Of a stretch of 64,000 bases of DNA, positions 59,042 through 64,000 are shown in pieces. The stretch comes from an uncultured Bacteroidia bacterium (GTDB lineage Bacteria; CAIWAD01; BS150m-G50), in contig CAZCRT010000008.1 of assembly GCA_964501185.1 (NCBI GenBank), positions 22,677 to 86,676 of the forward strand, read 5' to 3'. Both the position numbers and the translations under genes were made by a program. Position 1 is the first letter of the stretch. Every line of letters starts with the position of its first letter. The notes under the pieces are model-generated. The model searched no databases and had not been told where the DNA came from. It saw only the letters and a program-made list of their open reading frames with translations.

Positions 59042-60196
59042 CTAGAGTTTGTTTTCGATCACTTTAAAGGGTTCATTGATACCAACGCTTTTAGCGAATG
59101 AACGTAATCTTTGCAGCATCACCGTAGTAACTTCCTGACCCTGCACTGCGATCGTCAGGCCGTTAGAGGCGATAATATCCTCATCTAACACCATATTTAT
59201 CTTCAACTCCCCGGAAGTGAGGTTGAGGTGAACCTGTTCTACCTCAACTGTCCTGAGAGTCTCAAGTGCAGCAACCGCTTCCGGGAAATATTCTTCCGGT
59301 TGTTCCTGAAGCCTCTGAATTGCCTGAGGATTAGTATGTCCCTGCGCTATCTCGTTATCAAAAGCGACTGCAATTCGCAGGAGGTTACCACCCAGCGCAA
59401 TCAGATTCTCCCCCTTGAAATCCCTGTGTTCTGCGCGTCTCTCAAAGACACCGTTCTGCGCTTCAATCATACGGGCTACATTTTCCAGACGGGGAATATG
59501 TTCCAGTAAATCACCTGCAACGGCTGGATGTTGACTGATCATTTCCTGTTCCACCTCAGAAAGATCAATACCTGAGTAGATCTTACTGATGACATCCGGA
59601 GGAATAGTGATGTAACCTATCAGCGATAATAATGCCGCCACCTCAAATTGCCAGGCGTTGGGTAAATCAAGCCTCGATACCATGTGGCTGACATAGTTTT
59701 TAATACGAAACGAACTCCCGAAAGCGGTAGGATTAACCAGTCCCAGCATATCTGTCATAACCCGTATACTGCCAGCAAGCGTTTTTTCCAGGATCTCTTT
59801 CTCACCGGTAACCAGCCGGTGCTGATCGCTGGCTGCGTTCAATGCCTGCACCATGGTTTCCTTGGAACAGGGCTTTGTCAGAAAGCGGAACAGATTCCCC
59901 TGATTGACCGCTTCCATGGCAACATTCAGGTCAGCCTGGCCGGTTAGCATTACCCGGGTAGTATCAGGTGACTTTGCCTTGAACTGCTGCAGAAACCGGA
60001 TACCATCCATTTCCGGCATCTGGAAGTCGGAGACAACTACGGCGAAGGGCTTCTCAGTTTCTATCAGTTTCAAACCCTCAGCACCACTGGTGGCGGTAGT
60101 AATACTGAAATCCTTACGCAACTGCCGTTGGAAGGAACGCAGGATATCAGGCTCATCATCTACCAGTAAGACCCGTTTATTCACTGTTCTCTCCAC
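59042..60196 (-). CDS. Response regulator (REC) with HDOD-like output domain
   Basis: REC motifs LLVDDE ... SDFQMPEMDG ... TKP, plus a C-terminal HD-related region. Confidence 0.7.
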   Translation of the reverse strand: MERTVNKRVLLVDDEPDILRSFQRQLRKDFSITTATSGAEGLKLIETEKPFAVVVSDFQMPEMDGIRFLQQFKAKSPDTTRVMLTGQADLNVAMEAVNQGNLFRFLTKPCSKETMVQALNAASDQHRLVTGEKEILEKTLAGSIRVMTDMLGLVNPTAFGSSFRIKNYVSHMVSRLDLPNAWQFEVAALLSLIGYITIPPDVISKIYSGIDLSEVEQEMISQHPAVAGDLLEHIPRLENVARMIEAQNGVFERRAEHRDFKGENLIALGGNLLRIAVAFDNEIAQGHTNPQAIQRLQEQPEEYFPEAVAALETLRTVEVEQVHLNLTSGELKINMVLDEDIIASNGLTIAVQGQEVTTVMLQRLRSFAKSVGINEPFKVIENKL

Positions 60197-61400
60197 TGGC
60201 TAATATTCTGGTCAGCATTTCCTGCCAGACCGGCAACTCATCAGTCAGGCCTGACCGGTTAATGAAATCCATATCGAGCATCGTTCCCGTTGGAGTTTGA
60301 TTCTCTGCCATCTCATCTGTTACCAGTGCAGTTGCCACATGGACAGCTGTGAGTGGTGAGAAACTGACATCTCCAGGTGCATCACCTGGAGAATGCTGGA
60401 AGTAGATTGCTTCCACAATTGTATCGGGCAATCCCCACAAGCCCATCAGATAACCTCCAATTTCTGCGTGAGTCCGGCCAAACTCCTCCTGCTCTGAAGT
60501 TATCTGCTTCCGGGTATCTTTCCCGGCAGACTGCAGCACTTTACTGTATTGTTCGGGAGATCCGGAGGCCAGTACCAGAATTCCCACATTGTGCAACAGG
60601 CTGGCAAGATATACATCATCGACCAGCTTCTGGTCCAGTTCCGCCCGCAATGCAATTTCCTTTGCCAGCAGGCTGGCCAGGTAGGATTGATGCCAGAGCT
60701 GTTCCAGATCAAGCTGTTCCGGTATATTGGAACCATCAGCTTCAGAAAACAGTTTCATGGACAGCACCAGTGGTCGTATGGTATCCACACCCAGCAGACT
60801 GACTGCCTGTGCGGGGCTGGAAATATGCCTGGGAATACCGAAAAAAGCGGAATTGACCAACTGAAGAATCTTGGCGGTCATACCGATATCCTTCGAAATA
60901 ATCTCACCCACTTTTGCCAGAGAACTGAGCGGGGACTTCAGTTCATCCATGACTGCAGTGTACAGGGAGGGAAGACTCGGCAGTGATCCCAGGTCGGTGG
61001 TGAACTGTAGTAATGAGGTGTCGGATAGAAGATCGCGTAAAGCGCAGGAGCGGGTAATCACACTGGTCAGGATATCAGCATTGCACGGTTTGGCAAGGAA
61101 CTGATGTGTCGGTCCTACCGCCCTCAAGAGATCATCCCGTTCAGAGTGACCTGAGAGGGCTATGCGTACAGTCTGGGGATATTGCTTCTGAATATGGGTC
61201 AGCAGTTCCACACCATCCATTTCCGGCATCCGTATATCCGATACAACAACATCGAAACTGTCCTCACTGAATTTTTCCAGCGCTGCTGCGCCACTTTCAC
61301 AAAACACCATTTCCCATTCGTCCCGTTTCTGACGCAACATCCGTCTGAGAGAATTCAGAATATCCGGTTCGTCATCAACGAACAGTATCCGCTTTTTCAT
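60177..61400 (-). CDS. Response regulator (REC) with HDOD output domain
   Basis: REC domain plus LPSLPSLYTAVMDEL...AKILQLVNSAFFG HDOD signature. Confidence 0.8.
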   Translation of the reverse strand: MKKRILFVDDEPDILNSLRRMLRQKRDEWEMVFCESGAAALEKFSEDSFDVVVSDIRMPEMDGVELLTHIQKQYPQTVRIALSGHSERDDLLRAVGPTHQFLAKPCNADILTSVITRSCALRDLLSDTSLLQFTTDLGSLPSLPSLYTAVMDELKSPLSSLAKVGEIISKDIGMTAKILQLVNSAFFGIPRHISSPAQAVSLLGVDTIRPLVLSMKLFSEADGSNIPEQLDLEQLWHQSYLASLLAKEIALRAELDQKLVDDVYLASLLHNVGILVLASGSPEQYSKVLQSAGKDTRKQITSEQEEFGRTHAEIGGYLMGLWGLPDTIVEAIYFQHSPGDAPGDVSFSPLTAVHVATALVTDEMAENQTPTGTMLDMDFINRSGLTDELPVWQEMLTRILASGENSE

Positions 61401-64000
61401 GAATGTTGCTCCGGTGCGTTTTTCTCGAGAGGGAGACTGATTTCAAAAGTTGTACCTGTTCCCGGTTCTGTGTCAAAGGTGATCCGGCCCTGAAGGTTCT
61501 CAACAACCACAGCGTGGACAAGGCTTAATCCCTGTCCGGTCCCCTTTCCGACATCCTTGGTCGTGAAGAACGGATCGAAAATCCGCTTCTGGATTTCTTT
61601 CGGTATACCGGTACCGCTGTCTGAAACCTGAATGACAGCCTTCTGATTCTGTTGCCCGGTTGTAATTCGAATCAAACCTTTGGCTCCACCCGCCTGGGAA
61701 CGGTTCTCATCGGATGCTACATTTTCCTTAGCTGCTTTTATTGCATGCGTGGCATTGGTGATGAGGTTCAGGATAACCTGGCCTAATGCACCGGGATTAC
61801 AGGGAACTGCCGGAAGTGATTCTGTCAGGTCGGTCTCCAGGATTGCATCATATTTCCATTCACAGCGGGAGACAGTAATCGTATCCTGGATTATTTTGTT
61901 AAGGTCAGAAGGTATCATTTCGTCCTGACCAGGATGAGCAAACGCCTTCATGGAACTGACAATTCGGGAAACTGTTTCAATACCACGTTGTGATTGTTCG
62001 ATAGCTGACGGTATTTCCCCGACCAGGAACTCCAGATCCGCCTCCCGTACTTTTGTCACCAGGGCGTCAGTTTCCCCATTGGAATTCCCGTTATCCTGAC
62101 CGGCCTCAATAAGGTCATTCACGTCGCTGAGCAGTGCAGTGATATCACTGAAACTGTCCTGTAGAAAACGGAGATTGTTACCTACAAACTGAGTGGGTGT
62201 GTTGATCTCATGAGCTATACCGGCTGCCAGAGTACCTATGGATTCCATCTTGTTGGCCTGCTGCAACTTAATTTCCGCTTTCTTGCGTTCGGTCAGATCC
62301 CTTAGTACACCAACCGCCTGCCATTCATCATCAATCAGTACACTTGACAGGGACAGCTCGACCGGAATCTCCCTGCCATCCTTACAGAGAGCCTTCAGTT
62401 CCAGTGTATTATTGATAGCGGGTCCAGTACCAGTTTTACGGAAATTCGGAAACGCCCTGTTGAATGTCTTCTGGAATGTTTTCGGATGAAAAGTTTCCGG
62501 GACCAGCTGCCTGTGGAGATCCTTTCCTTCAATCTCCGCTGCAGTATAACCGAACATCTGCTCCGCCCCGGGATTCCAGAAGTTGACTCTACCATTGGAA
62601 TCCAACATGACAATGGCGTCGCGGGCAGTGTCGGTGATTGCGCGGGTACGGGCTTCACTCTGCCTGACCTGGTTGATCATCTGTATGCGTTCCAGAAAAA
62701 CGCTGACGCGCTGTGCAATAATATCCAACAGGTTCTGCTCTTCCTGTAGAAAGAGGTCGTCAGGTTTTTCTGACTCTTTCTTAAGACTGTACACCACGAT
62801 TTCACCATAAACCTGGTTGTTATATTCCAATGGGGCAACCTGTCGCTGATCGGTTTCCTTGAAACTGCTGCTGACAAATTCTCCCTCCGCGATTCTGATC
62901 CGCGCAGTAATCAACTGCGGATCCTGCCAACCGGATGGTATCTGTTCCACAATTCCCTGCAGGACATCTTCCTGCGTGGCATCGATCCGCGTCAGTTGTT
63001 GAGAAATCCCGAACAGGCAATCCAGTTCCTTAACCCGCTGATCTAGATCAAAGGTGCGTTGCTCGAGTGCTGCTTCTGTAAGCTTGCGTTGTGTAATATC
63101 CTTATCTACTCCCCGGTAGCCGAGCAGTTCGCCCTCCTCATCTAACATTGGTACACCGTTTGTCAACAGAATGATCTCACGCCCATCTTTGGTCAGGCTC
63201 CTGTTTTCCAGATTCCTGATGGGCTTCAGGTTCTCTGCGATCTCCTGAAAAATCTTACCTACTCGATCAGCCTCTGCCGCAGGCATCAGATCAAAAGGAG
63301 TCTTTCCCAGCATTTCCTCTGCAGTATAACCCAACTGATCTATCACCTTGTCTGAACAGTATGTATAGCGCCCCTCCGCGTTGACTTCCCATACCCAGTC
63401 ATAACTGCTCAGAGCTACATCCCGGAAACGCGCTTCAGATTCCTGGATCACATTTATCATCTGCTTTCGCTCTGTGATATCGTGCGCAATAACGAAAAGA
63501 CGTTCGTCACAATCATCCTCGCAGGGTATTGCTGTTTCGGTAATCCGAAGTTGCCGTTTTTCACCACTGGGACGGGTTATTTCAAGCTCATAACAGCCTG
63601 TTCCACAACCCGGTAACTCAACCTTTCTCAGAGCCTTAACTTCACCCTCTTCATGCTCAAGAAAATCACAGGTTTGAAGTCCAATCAATGTCCCCGGGAT
63701 AACACCGAGAATCTTTTCCAGGCTGGGATTAGCGTTTATAAAACGATGGTTTTTGATAATACAGACGCCATCACTCATGGCATCCATGAGCATCTCGAAC
63801 ATGGTCTCATTTTCGAAGACGGTTTTTTTCATATGAGCGCGTTCACGACGAAGTTCTGCATCCAATACTGCCCGCTTCACAGCGGGAACAAGCCGGGCAA
63901 GGTTGTTTTTATTGATGAAATCGTGTGCGCCAGCTTTGAGGGAGTCTATCACGACCTCCTGTTCAGACAAGCCGGATACTATGATAAACGGAAGCTCCGT
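61397..64000 (-). CDS. Hybrid sensor histidine kinase (REC-PAS/PAC-GAF-PAS-HisKA-HATPase), N-terminus beyond window
   Basis: H-box [10 protein letters not shown], HATPase G-boxes (GTGIPKE...GKGTGQGLS), multiple PAS/PAC repeats. The reading frame continues upstream of 63970 ([10 protein letters not shown]), so the REC N-terminus lies outside the window. Confidence 0.85.
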   Translation of the reverse strand, partial: TELPFIIVSGLSEQEVVIDSLKAGAHDFINKNNLARLVPAVKRAVLDAELRRERAHMKKTVFENETMFEMLMDAMSDGVCIIKNHRFINANPSLEKILGVIPGTLIGLQTCDFLEHEEGEVKALRKVELPGCGTGCYELEITRPSGEKRQLRITETAIPCEDDCDERLFVIAHDITERKQMINVIQESEARFRDVALSSYDWVWEVNAEGRYTYCSDKVIDQLGYTAEEMLGKTPFDLMPAAEADRVGKIFQEIAENLKPIRNLENRSLTKDGREIILLTNGVPMLDEEGELLGYRGVDKDITQRKLTEAALEQRTFDLDQRVKELDCLFGISQQLTRIDATQEDVLQGIVEQIPSGWQDPQLITARIRIAEGEFVSSSFKETDQRQVAPLEYNNQVYGEIVVYSLKKESEKPDDLFLQEEQNLLDIIAQRVSVFLERIQMINQVRQSEARTRAITDTARDAIVMLDSNGRVNFWNPGAEQMFGYTAAEIEGKDLHRQLVPETFHPKTFQKTFNRAFPNFRKTGTGPAINNTLELKALCKDGREIPVELSLSSVLIDDEWQAVGVLRDLTERKKAEIKLQQANKMESIGTLAAGIAHEINTPTQFVGNNLRFLQDSFSDITALLSDVNDLIEAGQDNGNSNGETDALVTKVREADLEFLVGEIPSAIEQSQRGIETVSRIVSSMKAFAHPGQDEMIPSDLNKIIQDTITVSRCEWKYDAILETDLTESLPAVPCNPGALGQVILNLITNATHAIKAAKENVASDENRSQAGGAKGLIRITTGQQNQKAVIQVSDSGTGIPKEIQKRIFDPFFTTKDVGKGTGQGLSLVHAVVVENLQGRITFDTEPGTGTTFEISLPLEKNAPEQHS

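Noticed and set aside
1-64000. CRISPR arrays, transposases, integrases, phage genes
   Set aside because: No regularly spaced direct repeats or mobile-element ORFs were seen. The window looks like core chromosome.

Overview
This 64-kb window is a moderately GC-rich (~55%) chromosomal segment of a flagellated, selenium-utilising bacterium. Several secreted hydrolases carry type-A T9SS C-terminal sorting domains (PNPFN...), which points to an FCB-group / candidate-phylum lineage.

Gene content, start to end:
- Housekeeping block on + strand: partial MBL hydrolase, VOC protein, rho, rpmE, DUF1385, prfA, prmC, rnr, pyrF, a PilZ protein, pyrE, a second MBL hydrolase, cyclophilin.
- Secreted-hydrolase island: S8 subtilase, M14 carboxypeptidase and a 1515-aa C25-like protein, all with T9SS CTDs, followed by a TPR lipoprotein.
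- queG, then a UbiA prenyltransferase, a 58-aa 2[4Fe-4S] ferredoxin missed by the ORF track, and a geranylgeranyl reductase (an archaeal-lipid-like trio).
- cysS, marC, a GNAT-glutaredoxin fusion, rpmB on the minus strand, a large TPR protein, trxA, a TlpA-like redoxin, and a secreted PLD (HKD) protein with lamin-tail domains.
- A ~12-kb run of 14 co-directional minus-strand genes: flhB-flhA-flhF-(flhG-like with degenerate P-loop)-membrane protein-fliA-charged protein-HDOD-GAF/PAS/HisKA (no ATPase)-AMIN protein-small protein-GAF/HisKA (no ATPase)-YidD fusion-small secreted protein.
- selD read through an in-frame UGA (Sec).
- A second M14 peptidase, rhomboid, rsmE, HIT, an FmdB zinc ribbon, and a PDO/glutaredoxin-like protein that the ORF track splits at a UGA (a second selenoprotein).
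- DUF1858, tmRNA (tag ANDNYALAA) with terminator, a zinc-ribbon rhomboid, an alpha/beta hydrolase, tandem small OMP paralogs, two REC-HDOD response regulators and a partial hybrid PAS/GAF sensor kinase.

No CRISPR array, transposase or phage genes were seen.

Main leads: two UGA-encoded selenoproteins, the archaeal-type lipid trio, a flagellar operon with a dead FlhG and HisKA-only sensors in place of che genes, and a strongly over-represented 9-mer (TGTATCACA) at gene junctions.
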